Positions 16,147-24,723 of a DNA stretch of 32,000 bases are shown piece after piece. Within the stretch, counting starts at the first letter, position 1. The number at the start of each line of letters is the position of its first letter. Where the stretch lies: contig NC_006624.1 in the NCBI RefSeq assembly GCF_000009965.1, positions 990,001 through 1,022,000 on the forward strand, read 5' to 3'. The stretch comes from Thermococcus kodakarensis KOD1 (GTDB lineage Archaea; Methanobacteriota_B; Thermococci; Thermococcales; Thermococcaceae). Position numbers and translations under genes: made by a program. The notes below the pieces were generated by a model. The model saw only the letters and a program-made list of their open reading frames with translations. It was not told where the DNA came from and did not search any database.

Positions 16147-17835
16147 TCAGAATATCAGCGGAGCCCTGTACTCGCCCCAGACTTCCCTAAGGACGTCAGT
16201 GACCTCACCGAGCGTGGCAAGGTGTCTGTGGGCCTCGATGATGTAGGGCATGAGGTTCTCGTCTTCGGTTTCGGCTGCCTTCCTGAGCTTGTCGAGGGAC
16301 TCCTCAACTTTCTTGCTGTCCCTCGTTGAGCGGAGCTTCTTGAGCCTCTCGATCTGCTTGTCCCTGATGCTCGGGTCGACTTTGAGTATCTCAACATCAA
16401 GGGGCTCGTCAACGACGAACTCGTTCACACCGACTATGATGCGCTTCTTCTCCTCGACTTCCTTCTGGTACTTGTATGCCGAGTCAGCTATCTCCTTCTG
16501 GATGTAGCCGCGCTCGATTGCCCTCATCATGCCTCCCATCTTCTGAATCTTCTCGATGTACTTGAGGGCCTCTTCGTAGATGTGGTCTGTGAGCCACTCG
16601 ATGTAGTAGGCGCCTCCGAGCGGGTCAACGGTGTCAACGACGCCGCTCTCGTAGGCTATTATCTGCTGGGTTCTCAGGGCTATCCTCACGCTCTTCTCGG
16701 TCGGGAGTGAGAGCGCCTCGTCGTATGAGTTGGTGTGGAGGGACTGTGTACCGCCGAGAACGGCCGCGAGGGCCTGAATCGCAACACGGACTATGTTGTT
16801 CTCGGGCTGCTGGGCGGTGAGGGTTGAGCCGGCGGTCTGGGTGTGGAAGCGAAGCATCATTGAGCGCGGGTTCTTTGCGTGGAACCACTCCTTCATGATG
16901 TATGCCCAGAGCCTTCTAGCGGCTCTAAACTTTGCTATCTCCTCGAGGAAGTTGTTGTGGGCGTTGAAGAAGAAGCTCAGCCTCGGGGCGAACTTGTCAA
17001 CGTCCATGCCCCTCTCTATGACTGCCTTAACGTACTCGATACCGTCAGCGAGTGTGAAAGCGACCTCTTGAACGGCGTTTGCTCCAGCCTCCCTGATGTG
17101 GTAGCCGCTTATCGAAATTGAATTCCACTTCGGCACGTTCTCAGCACAGTACATGATGATGTCCGTGGTGAGCCTCATGCTCGGCTGGGGCGGGAAGATG
17201 TAGGTACCCCTCGCTATGTACTCCTTCAGGATGTCGTTCTGGACTGTTCCTCTCAGAACGTTCTGCGGGACGCCCTGCTTTTCAGCCACGAGGATGTACA
17301 TGGCCAGAAGGTTGGCCGCGGTGGCGTTGATTGTCATGCTCGTTGAGACCTTGTCGAGCGGGATTCCATCGAAGAGTATCTCCATGTCCCAGAGGGAGTC
17401 TATAGCTACACCGACCTTTCCGACCTCGCCCTCGGCCATCGGGTGGTCGCTGTCGTAACCCATCTGGGTCGGCAGGTCAAAGGCGACGCTCAAACCAGTC
17501 TGTCCCTGGCTGAGGAGGTACTTGTAGCGCTTGTTACTCTCCTCGGCCGTTCCAAAGCCGGCGTACTGCCTCATCGTCCAGAAGCGGCCGCGGTACATGG
17601 TGGCGTAAACGCCGCGGGTAAATGGATACTCACCAGGGAAGCCGAGCTTCTCAAGGTAGTCCCAGTCCTCGCCGAGGTCAGCGGGAGTGTAGAGGCGCTT
17701 TATCTCGAAGCCGTCATCAGTCATGAACTTCTCCTTTCTCTCGGGAGCCTTCTCGAGGAACTTCTTAACGGTGGTCTCGTTCCAGCGCTCCTCTTCCTCG
17801 CGGATCTTCTTGAGCTTTTCCTTATCGAACGTCAT
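16147..17835 (-). CDS. methylmalonyl-CoA mutase, large catalytic (N-terminal, substrate-binding) subunit
   Basis: 562 aa. Characteristic mutase segments: [72 protein letters not shown]. There is no B12-binding domain, so this is the split archaeal form. TATA GGTTTTTATAC and AGGTGATCAGG lie upstream. Confidence 0.92.
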   Translation of the reverse strand: MTFDKEKLKKIREEEERWNETTVKKFLEKAPERKEKFMTDDGFEIKRLYTPADLGEDWDYLEKLGFPGEYPFTRGVYATMYRGRFWTMRQYAGFGTAEESNKRYKYLLSQGQTGLSVAFDLPTQMGYDSDHPMAEGEVGKVGVAIDSLWDMEILFDGIPLDKVSTSMTINATAANLLAMYILVAEKQGVPQNVLRGTVQNDILKEYIARGTYIFPPQPSMRLTTDIIMYCAENVPKWNSISISGYHIREAGANAVQEVAFTLADGIEYVKAVIERGMDVDKFAPRLSFFFNAHNNFLEEIAKFRAARRLWAYIMKEWFHAKNPRSMMLRFHTQTAGSTLTAQQPENNIVRVAIQALAAVLGGTQSLHTNSYDEALSLPTEKSVRIALRTQQIIAYESGVVDTVDPLGGAYYIEWLTDHIYEEALKYIEKIQKMGGMMRAIERGYIQKEIADSAYKYQKEVEEKKRIIVGVNEFVVDEPLDVEILKVDPSIRDKQIERLKKLRSTRDSKKVEESLDKLRKAAETEDENLMPYIIEAHRHLATLGEVTDVLREVWGEYRAPLIF

Positions 17836-17923
17836 TCCTGATCACCTGACCCTAATTGGGCACTGGAGTATAAAAACCTTTTACATAGCTCAAGTTTCAC
17901 CTTGCTATTGGATAAATTGTCCA

Positions 17924-20137
17924 TCAGCCGAGGCGCCGTTCGAGAGCAATGACCACCACCAACAGGAGGGCCAGGAGAGCCACTGTTAGCTCGCCGGAGT
18001 ACTTCCCAATGCCGCTCACTGAAACGGGAACTTCCTTCGCTGTCATAGTTAGAGAAACGTTCCCTGTGCCAATTATGGATATGGCTACGAAATCCTCGTA
18101 TGGCCTTAGAGGAACTTCTCCCGACACATGCTCCCCTTTACCTCTGAAAGCCCCCTTGAAATCAGCGGAGAGCGGGTCAAAGTCTTCCCTCTCCCTGTTG
18201 AGGGTGAAGTAATAGACCCTAACCTCAACCGGCCGATCAGCGTTAACATCAAGGGCAAGCTTCTTCCCGCGGAGCGATGTAGCGTTTAGGATGAACGTCT
18301 TAATTCCCTCTCCGAACTGCTTTGGAAGGAGCTCAAAGCTGATGTTCTCAGGCTTCCTGAGGTAATCCGCAACAAGAAGAACGGCGTCGAACCTGTCGCC
18401 CTCGAGCATAAGCATGAAATCAGACTCGTTGAACACTACAAAATCTGGCCTTCCCTTCCCCTGGCTTGAGGAGTGCAGAATCTCCCCACTCGAAGAGAGA
18501 ACGTGAAGGGTGATGTCCAGCCCTGAGCGGACGTAATTGCCGTATGAGAAGGCTATCTTCTCCCCAGGATAGTGTTCGAACTGAATCGGTGGGGTCAGAG
18601 ACTTAGCGGCGACTCGGTATGGAATTCCTACAAAGTGCGTCTCGGCGGTAAAGTTCATCTTCGCCAGCCAGTTGTCGCCGTAAACGGGCAGGAACGCCAG
18701 ACCGTATGCCTCGAACTCCAGAGGGATTACATGCAGGTTTCCATTCTCGTCCCTGACTGTTACGTTGAATCCGACTGGCACACCAACGGAGAATCCCCTG
18801 GGCAGAGAGGGCACGTCAATAACCAGAACCACCTGGGCCGAGCCGTCCACGTTAAGCTCCTCGACCTCGCTTTCCCCGGAGTAGAACTTCCAGCCAACCG
18901 ACTCCGGAAGGCCTTCGACGCCAAGCTTCACCCTGCCCGAACCGGAGAGAACGAGTGCATAGCTGCCCTTTCCACCGAGGGGGACTTTTATACTCGTTGA
19001 GAGCGCCTCGACCGAGATGCCGGAAGCGCCAGCCTCGGCCGTGAAGGAGAAAGTTCCCGAGTCGGAGGAAGCTAGGATGGTTGGATACCTAACCTCCTCG
19101 GGAACCTTGAAGGTCAGCGAGACGCTCTCCCCTGGCCCTATGGAGACCTCTGAATATGTTGGACTTCCCACCACAACGCCGTTTTGGGTCACGCTGACGA
19201 AACCCCTGAAAGGAGACTCCCCCGTGTTTTTGAGGACAACCCTGAGATGCTCCCCCTCCCTGGAGATGTTTTCGAGAACCAGAAGCGCCGGCCTGAAGTA
19301 GAAGGTCTGCTGGATTACTTTTCCGTAATCAACCACTACCGCTCCCTGGTTTATAAAGTTGGAGAACTCCACCCAGCTGGTTCCCCGCTGGAGCAGGATT
19401 TTCTTCGACTCCAAAACCATGTTACTGCTGTAAAGGAGGCTGAAGGTGGCGTTAACCGGGTCGCCTTTGTTAAGAACCTTTACCTTAACACCTTTACTGC
19501 CCGTTATTTCCTCGATTTCAACCTGAGGCTCTAAGGTTCCAAGGAAAACATCCTTTGAGATGCCCTTCTCCTTTAGACTAAAGACCAGCGTCTGGCCCGG
19601 GTTTGGAACCTTGAAAACTATCTCTTCGCCTGGTGCAAGGTTCAGCTCCACTTCCTTTAGGACAGTGCTTGAGGAAATGGGAAAAGCGCCTTGAGAAGAC
19701 GACGAAACAGAAAGAGTGTCGTTGAGCGGATAAAAGCCCGTGTTTTTAATCTTTACCTTGGCGTAGGTGTCGAAGGCTTCTATGACCTCAACACCGAAGT
19801 CGTACTTCTTCATAACTCTCACGCTTGTATAGTTGCCGAGTATGTGAGCGGTGAGCCTCTGGTTCTGGCGGTCGTATGAGCCGATGACGTAAGTCACGTT
19901 GCCCACTGTGATGTTTTCGCCGAAAGCGAGAACGGAATACGTTTCTTCTCCATGACTCGAAACGCTCACGAGGAACCTGTCCCCGCTCTGGCCGGGGTCA
20001 AAGGTAAAGACCTGGCCGTCCACTATGAGGACTTCATCGATTCCTACTTCAATGGAAAGAGCTGTAGCCTGCCCGGCCAGCAGGATGAGGAGGAAGACCG
20101 CGAAAGTGAGGGTTTTCACGCGCGCCATCGTTCTCAT
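17924..20137 (-). CDS. large extracytoplasmic protein with N-terminal signal/anchor, CARDB-like beta modules and a C-terminal TM anchor; third gene of an ABC operon
   Basis: 737 aa. N-terminus TLTFAVFLLILLAGQATALS; C-terminus ELTVALLALLLVVVIALERRLG. Recurrent KNTG/LNKG beta-sandwich-type motifs (KVKIKNTGFYPLNDTLSV, VKVKVLNKGDPVNATFSL, LRVVLKNTGESPFRGFVSV). 12 N-x-S/T sequons by my count. The ATG overlaps the permease stop (ATGA). Confidence 0.7.
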   Translation of the reverse strand: MRTMARVKTLTFAVFLLILLAGQATALSIEVGIDEVLIVDGQVFTFDPGQSGDRFLVSVSSHGEETYSVLAFGENITVGNVTYVIGSYDRQNQRLTAHILGNYTSVRVMKKYDFGVEVIEAFDTYAKVKIKNTGFYPLNDTLSVSSSSQGAFPISSSTVLKEVELNLAPGEEIVFKVPNPGQTLVFSLKEKGISKDVFLGTLEPQVEIEEITGSKGVKVKVLNKGDPVNATFSLLYSSNMVLESKKILLQRGTSWVEFSNFINQGAVVVDYGKVIQQTFYFRPALLVLENISREGEHLRVVLKNTGESPFRGFVSVTQNGVVVGSPTYSEVSIGPGESVSLTFKVPEEVRYPTILASSDSGTFSFTAEAGASGISVEALSTSIKVPLGGKGSYALVLSGSGRVKLGVEGLPESVGWKFYSGESEVEELNVDGSAQVVLVIDVPSLPRGFSVGVPVGFNVTVRDENGNLHVIPLEFEAYGLAFLPVYGDNWLAKMNFTAETHFVGIPYRVAAKSLTPPIQFEHYPGEKIAFSYGNYVRSGLDITLHVLSSSGEILHSSSQGKGRPDFVVFNESDFMLMLEGDRFDAVLLVADYLRKPENISFELLPKQFGEGIKTFILNATSLRGKKLALDVNADRPVEVRVYYFTLNREREDFDPLSADFKGAFRGKGEHVSGEVPLRPYEDFVAISIIGTGNVSLTMTAKEVPVSVSGIGKYSGELTVALLALLLVVVIALERRLG

Positions 20138-20952
20138 CCCCTGTACTCCCTTCTGTAAAGCCCGAGGATCGCAAGCATCAGGCTCAGGAGCATGACCGAT
20201 GCGAAGAACACCAGCGTCGTTGACGGGTCGCCCTTGTAGACGTCAAGCCCCGTGTGGAGCGTGAACCTGTCCCTCAAGAGAACTCCGAGCTGGTAGTTGA
20301 GCGTGAACCTCTCGGGGTCGTCGAAGAAAGGCAACTGCGGGAGGATGAACTGGGCGACGAATATCACTCCAAAGCTCGCCAGAGAGGCGTAGAGGGGCCT
20401 CGAAAGAACCACTGAGAGGGCCATTGCGAACGCTCCTAGAGAGCCGAGCAGGAGGATGGTCACCTCAAGGGAGTAGAGCAGGTCACCGAACGTCGCCCTA
20501 AGGCCGGTGAAACCTTGCTTGTAAAGCAGAACCATATAAATCTGCATGACCAGGTAGGGCAGTCCGAAGACCACCAACATTCCCGTAAGCCCGCCGAGGA
20601 ACTTTCCGATGACGAGTTCGCTCTTTCTAACGGGTTTCGTCAGGAGAACCCTTATCGTACCCTTGTCTATCTCGCTTCCAAGGAGTTCGCTCATCAGGAT
20701 TATGACCACGAGCTGGCCTATGACGCTCGCCCAGAAGTTGACGAGGTAAGTGGAGAAGTTAACCTGGAAGGATATCCTGAGCGCGCGCGTGCTGTACTCG
20801 GTGATCTCTTCGTGGGTGAAGAAGTAGACGACAACTGGGAGGAACATCAGGAGGGTCATGAGCTTGAGGCGGCGGGAGCGCAGTAACCTTTTCACTTCCA
20901 TCCCGTATATTATCCCGAGCCGCGATTCAAAGGAAAAGTGAGAATCTTTCAA
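20134..20952 (-). CDS. ABC-2 family permease (NosY/GldF-like subfamily)
   Basis: 272 aa with six hydrophobic segments and the N-terminal motif MEVKRLLRSRRL. The TTG start at 20952 is preceded by GAGGAGGTG at about 7 nt, and lies 3 nt after the ATPase stop. Confidence 0.8.
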   Translation of the reverse strand: MKDSHFSFESRLGIIYGMEVKRLLRSRRLKLMTLLMFLPVVVYFFTHEEITEYSTRALRISFQVNFSTYLVNFWASVIGQLVVIILMSELLGSEIDKGTIRVLLTKPVRKSELVIGKFLGGLTGMLVVFGLPYLVMQIYMVLLYKQGFTGLRATFGDLLYSLEVTILLLGSLGAFAMALSVVLSRPLYASLASFGVIFVAQFILPQLPFFDDPERFTLNYQLGVLLRDRFTLHTGLDVYKGDPSTTLVFFASVMLLSLMLAILGLYRREYRG

Positions 20953-20955
20953 ACT

Positions 20956-21894
20956 TCACACCTCCTCGCCCACTCCAAACTTCTCCATCAGGATTCTCTC
21001 AAGCGGACTCGTGTGCGGCCTGAAGAGCTTCAGTCTGATGCCGTTTTCCACGAGGTACTTCGGAAAGGCCAGGAAGAACTCGTCAAGAAAGCGCGGATCA
21101 ACTTTGACCCTGAGGATTCCCTCCTCTTCCCAGGCCTCACGGATGTAGGGCTTCTCACGCAGGAACGCCATCGCCTTTCCATTGTCGCTGGTCAGAACGT
21201 CGTAGTCGTCCTCCTCAATGCTCGCAAGCTCCCTGACCCTGCCCTGGGCGAGCATCGTACCGCGGTTTATCAGCCCGACGTAGTTGCACATTTTCTCGAC
21301 CTCGCTGACTATGTGGGAGCTTATGAAGATCGTCTTGCCTGCCTTGGCGAGCTGGATGACCTTCCCAATAAACTCCATTCTCCCGAGGGGGTCGAGGTTC
21401 GCTGTTGGTTCATCCAGTATGAGGAGCTCTGGGTTTCCCATCAGCGCCGCGGCGAAGCTCGCCCTCTGCTTCTGACCGGAGGAAAGCTCCCCAATCCTGT
21501 TCATGGCCAGCTTACCAATTCCAGCGTACTCCATAAGCTCCTTCGCCTGCTCCATGGCGTCTTCCTTCTTCATACCAGCCAGGCGGCCCATATAGACCAG
21601 AAACTCGAAAATCGTCATGTCTTCATAAGCTATCGGCACCTCGGGCATGTATCCGACCCGCTTCATGATCTCAACCCTGTCGTTGGGCATCCTCAGGCCA
21701 AAAATCCGTATCTCGCCGTAGGTAGGCCTCAGTGCCCCGGTCAGCATCTTTATAGTGGTCGTTTTTCCCGCACCGTTTGGCCCGAGGAAGCCGTAAACGA
21801 CCCCCTTAGGCACTTTGAGGTTGAGGTGGTACACTACGTTCCTCTTGCCGAAGAACTTGGTGAGCTTGTTTGTTTCTATGACGTAAGTTCCCAT
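20956..21894 (-). CDS. ABC transporter ATP-binding protein
   Basis: Walker A GPNGAGKTT, signature LSSGQKQR, Walker B LLILDEPTANLD, H-loop SSHIV. ATG 21894 is preferred; the ORF track's 21906 is a TTG. Confidence 0.9.
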   Translation of the reverse strand: MGTYVIETNKLTKFFGKRNVVYHLNLKVPKGVVYGFLGPNGAGKTTTIKMLTGALRPTYGEIRIFGLRMPNDRVEIMKRVGYMPEVPIAYEDMTIFEFLVYMGRLAGMKKEDAMEQAKELMEYAGIGKLAMNRIGELSSGQKQRASFAAALMGNPELLILDEPTANLDPLGRMEFIGKVIQLAKAGKTIFISSHIVSEVEKMCNYVGLINRGTMLAQGRVRELASIEEDDYDVLTSDNGKAMAFLREKPYIREAWEEEGILRVKVDPRFLDEFFLAFPKYLVENGIRLKLFRPHTSPLERILMEKFGVGEEV

Positions 21895-21957
21895 CTCAAC
21901 ACCCAAAGGAACATCGAAACGAAATTAGTTAAAGGTTTCGGCATTACTCTCTAACCG

Positions 21958-22824
21958 ATGATGCTTAGAAACATCGGTCTGGACAGTTCGGCACGGTTTG
22001 CCTTTCAGAGCCACGCCCACACGGATCACTTTGTCAGCGGTGAAGTTATCTTCGCAACAAAGGCGACCAAATATCTCAGTCATCTCAGGAAGGGGGGCTT
22101 CTATCGGGAAGTGGAGTTTGCAAAAACTTTCTACATCGGCGATTTCAAAGCGAAGCTCTATCCAGCGGGCCACATGCTCGGCTCGGCCGGAATAAAGCTC
22201 TGGCTCGAAAACGGGACGCTGTTCTACACTGGAGATACCAAGTGGTTCAAGCTGAGAACGGCGGAGAAAAGCCGCTTTCCCAAAGCCGACGTTCTCATAA
22301 TCGAGGCCACCTTCGGCGTTCCGAGCTTCACGTTTCCATCCCCCAGGGAAGCTGAGAAAAAACTGGTCGCATTCGTTGAAGAGGCTCTTGACAGGGGAAA
22401 GCGCCCAACCCTCTATGTGAACCAGATGGGGAAGGCGCAGGAAGTTATGAAAATCCTGGACGTTCACGGGATCACGGTGAGGCCAAGCAGAGAGATGCTG
22501 AAAGTGGCGAGGGTTTATTCAAAATTTGGGGTCAAATTTGGAAACATCACCCATGAAGGGGACGTAGTTTTAAGGTCGTACCGCTCCCCCAAGGTCGAAA
22601 ACTCACTCTCTCCCTGGGAGCTTACCGTTTCCGGCTTTGGAAGGCTCAAGCTGAGCAACCACGCGGACTTTTGGGAGCTGATGAAAATCATAGAGAAGGT
22701 AAAGCCCGAAAGGATCTTCACGGTGTACGGCTTCTCCAGGGAATTTTCCAGGATTTTGACCGGGCTTGGATACGAAGCCCATCCAATTGACAAGGACTCC
22801 GATATATACGGACTACTTTTTTGA
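21958..22824 (+). CDS. metallo-beta-lactamase fold hydrolase, small beta-CASP-like (COG1236 / mRNA 3'-end processing factor-like or ligase-associated exonuclease-like)
   Basis: HxHxDH variant SHAHTDH near the N-terminus, GHMLGSAG (motif 3), GD (motif 4) and C-terminal SNHADFWEL (beta-CASP motif C-like). 288 aa. Confidence 0.7.
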   Translation: MMLRNIGLDSSARFAFQSHAHTDHFVSGEVIFATKATKYLSHLRKGGFYREVEFAKTFYIGDFKAKLYPAGHMLGSAGIKLWLENGTLFYTGDTKWFKLRTAEKSRFPKADVLIIEATFGVPSFTFPSPREAEKKLVAFVEEALDRGKRPTLYVNQMGKAQEVMKILDVHGITVRPSREMLKVARVYSKFGVKFGNITHEGDVVLRSYRSPKVENSLSPWELTVSGFGRLKLSNHADFWELMKIIEKVKPERIFTVYGFSREFSRILTGLGYEAHPIDKDSDIYGLLF

Positions 22825-22941
22825 ACAACTGTTAAACAGACTGCCAAAAACCTAATAAACTTCTAAAATTGAAGGTTATTTTCGAACAAGCTTCACATAT
22901 TCGAAGTGCTGTTTAGTTATTTTGAACACGGAGGTGGTGGA

Positions 22942-23223
22942 ATGCAGAGGCTGAGGAAGAAACCGAAGTGGGTGACAGGACTCAGGCCCAGACTTGAGAC
23001 ACTCTTCAGTGAAAGGGCCATCGGGGAGGGACTGTTGGTAGGTCGAGGAACGATAAGAGGCGACATGGTGGAGGTTACCCAGCTCAAGTTCTCCGGCGGG
23101 CGGGTTAAAAAGCCGATAGTTGAAGTCGAGGGCAACGAGCTGAGGTTCATATACCCGATCAAGAACGGTGAGAGCCTTGAGGGGATATACTACTCTCTAA
23201 TGGGCTTTCTGAGCAGGGTTTGA
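22942..23223 (+). CDS. hypothetical protein (93 aa)
   Basis: ATG 22942 follows GGAGGTGGTGG. Basic N-terminus MQRLRKKPKW. No family recognised. A T5 tract lies directly after the stop (23225-23229). Confidence 0.5.
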   Translation: MQRLRKKPKWVTGLRPRLETLFSERAIGEGLLVGRGTIRGDMVEVTQLKFSGGRVKKPIVEVEGNELRFIYPIKNGESLEGIYYSLMGFLSRV

Positions 23224-23257
23224 GTTTTTCAGAGTTCTCAAACCCCAAACTTTTTGC

Positions 23258-23269
23258 CATTTTGGTAAC
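23258..23269 (+). promoter_or_regulatory. 12-mer CATTTTGGTAAC, upstream copy 1 (hsp20 promoter)
   Basis: Identical 12-mer also at 24689-24700 upstream of cdc48. Contains the TGGTAA core of the Phr operator. Confidence 0.5.
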
Positions 23270-23284
23270 TTTCGGAGAGAAAAA

Positions 23285-23325
23285 TTTTTAAAGGGCTATT
23301 CTTTAATAACAATTGGTGAGAAAAA
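23285..23325 (+). promoter_or_regulatory. hsp20 promoter (TATA TTTTTAAA 23285-23292) with a Phr-type heat-shock operator
   Basis: CTTTAATAAC-AAT-TGGTGA-G-AAAAA (23301-23325) matches the TTTA / TGGTAA / AAAA arrangement described around the start sites of Phr-repressed Pyrococcus promoters. Confidence 0.6.
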
Positions 23326-23342
23326 GGCGGGGGGTGAGAAAG

Positions 23343-23828
23343 ATGGTCTGGAGGAGGGACCGCTACTGGGACCCGTTCGACATCATGAGGGAAATCCAGG
23401 AGGAGATTGATGCAATATTCCGCGACTTCATGCGCGGCCCGAGGCTCTGGAGCTACCGCGAGCCAGGTGAGAGAATAGAGGTCAGCGAGACCTGGAGGGA
23501 GCCGTTCGCAGACATCTTCGACAGGGGCGACCGCTTTGTTATCACCGTCGAGCTCCCAGGTGTTAGGAAGGAGGACATCAAGCTCCGCGTTACAGAGGAC
23601 ACCGTTTACATCGAGGCCCAGATGAGGCGCGAGAAGGAGCTCGAGCAGGAGGGTGCCATAAGGATCGAGCGCTACTACAGCGGCTACAGGAGGGTCATCA
23701 GGCTTCCAGAGGAGGTCATCCCGGAGAAGGCCAAGGCCCGCTACAACAACGGCGTCCTAGAGATCGAGATTCCGAAGAAGAAGCCCACCAAACCCGAGAA
23801 GGAGGGCGTTGAGGTCAAGATCGAGTGA
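23343..23828 (+). CDS. hsp20: small heat shock protein, Hsp20/alpha-crystallin family
   Basis: Alpha-crystallin domain FVITVELPGVRKEDIKLRVTEDTVYIEA...YNNGVLEIEIPKK. ATG 23343 follows GGGGGGTGAG. Confidence 0.92.
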   Translation: MVWRRDRYWDPFDIMREIQEEIDAIFRDFMRGPRLWSYREPGERIEVSETWREPFADIFDRGDRFVITVELPGVRKEDIKLRVTEDTVYIEAQMRREKELEQEGAIRIERYYSGYRRVIRLPEEVIPEKAKARYNNGVLEIEIPKKKPTKPEKEGVEVKIE

Positions 23829-23856
23829 TTTTGAGTTTTTCTGATTTTTCTGCTTT
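23829..23856 (+). terminator. oligo-T termination zone after hsp20
   Basis: TTTTGAGTTTTTCTGATTTTTCTGCTTT, with T5 tracts at 23836-23840 and 23845-23849. Confidence 0.5.
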
Positions 23857-23939
23857 ACTCTCTGCAACAGCCGGATTCTGCCAATTGGATGGGGCTTGAA
23901 TGGGTACCTAGCAGAGTATTGCCGGTTCTTAGTTTGAAA

Positions 23940-24356
23940 TCACCTGCTGCTCGCAAAGTGCTTTTTCAGATCCTTCATCAGGTCGTACACTATGTTTAAG
24001 AACAGCTCCATGTCGTTGCCGAACAGCCTGCGGGTGTCGGCGATGACCTCCGGGTATGTCTTCAGCCCATAGGGCTTGCCGTCTATGATTGCCACGAGGT
24101 CACCGTCTATGAGGTACGCCTCGTGAAGGTCGAGGTAGTGTAGGAGTTGCTTGAGCTTCTGCCTGACCCACTCAAAGGGCAACGGCTCGGCATAGGTTTC
24201 GAAGAGGGCAAAGGCGACCCGGTTGAGATCTTCAGGAAAGCTGGCGAGAATCTCACTTTCGCCGTCCTTGGGCCTGATGACGTAGAACCCCTTCGGGCCG
24301 AGCGCTACCACAACCGGCATCACGTCGGAGAGAGTTGTTTGGGCTTTTCCTACCAT
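23940..24356 (-). CDS. hypothetical protein (138 aa)
   Basis: Complete ORF. GGAGGTGG lies 6 nt upstream of the ATG on the minus strand. No family recognised. Confidence 0.55.
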   Translation of the reverse strand: MVGKAQTTLSDVMPVVVALGPKGFYVIRPKDGESEILASFPEDLNRVAFALFETYAEPLPFEWVRQKLKQLLHYLDLHEAYLIDGDLVAIIDGKPYGLKTYPEVIADTRRLFGNDMELFLNIVYDLMKDLKKHFASSR

Positions 24357-24472
24357 TTGGTACCACCTCCAGAGTTCTTAAAATTGGAAAAACGAAAATT
24401 TCCCGGGACAAAAACGGTTTTTGTACGGTAGTGTTGGCGGTACTTTTGGCATCAGCAAAAAAGCAACAGGAA

Positions 24473-24537
24473 GTTGGTGTTTTGGTGGTGTTGGTGGGTG
24501 TTGGTTGTGGTGTTTGGGTTTGGGGTAGTAGTGGTGT
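24473..24537. repeat. pure G/T (opposite strand C/A) low-complexity tract with degenerate TTGGTG periodicity
   Basis: Positions 24473-24526 contain only G and T (54 nt). The tract extends to 24537 with two A. TTGGTG-like units start at 24474, 24482, 24491, 24501, 24513 and 24520. Confidence 0.8.
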
Positions 24538-24688
24538 CTCCATACATAAGAAAACCATAAACAAAAATGCAAAATTTTTGCAAGCACATTTTTGTACTCC
24601 AAAAACATTGACTCATTGATCCAGCCCAATCTCTTCTTAGTCTATTCTGCCTCTACGCACGCCTTTCATTACCGCGATGCAGGGGCCA

Positions 24689-24700
24689 CATTTTGGTAAC
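24689..24700 (+). promoter_or_regulatory. 12-mer CATTTTGGTAAC, upstream copy 2 (cdc48 promoter)
   Basis: Identical to 23258-23269. Both copies are preceded by GCCA and followed within about 10 nt by AGAAAAAT. Confidence 0.5.
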
Positions 24701-24723
24701 CTCACTTAAGAAAAATCGAAAAG

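Noticed and set aside
20938-21954. 338-aa plus-strand ORF
   Set aside because: It is entirely antisense to the ABC ATPase, whose Walker and signature motifs are unambiguous. It has no motifs of its own.
22829-22839. Palindrome CTGTTAAACAG just after the MBL-fold gene stop
   Set aside because: It is only 5+1+5 nt in an AT-rich spacer, which is within chance expectation and has no second copy.
24253-24629. ORFs crossing the G/T tract (94 aa on the plus strand; 103 aa and 83 aa on the minus strand), including a T/P-rich reading
   Set aside because: They have no RBS or ATG in a sensible position, and two of them would begin inside or overlap the 138-aa gene. Codon usage (GTT/GGT/TTG, or CAA/ACC runs) is unlike the rest of the genome. 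The tract is treated as non-coding, with a decayed-gene origin kept only as a hypothesis.
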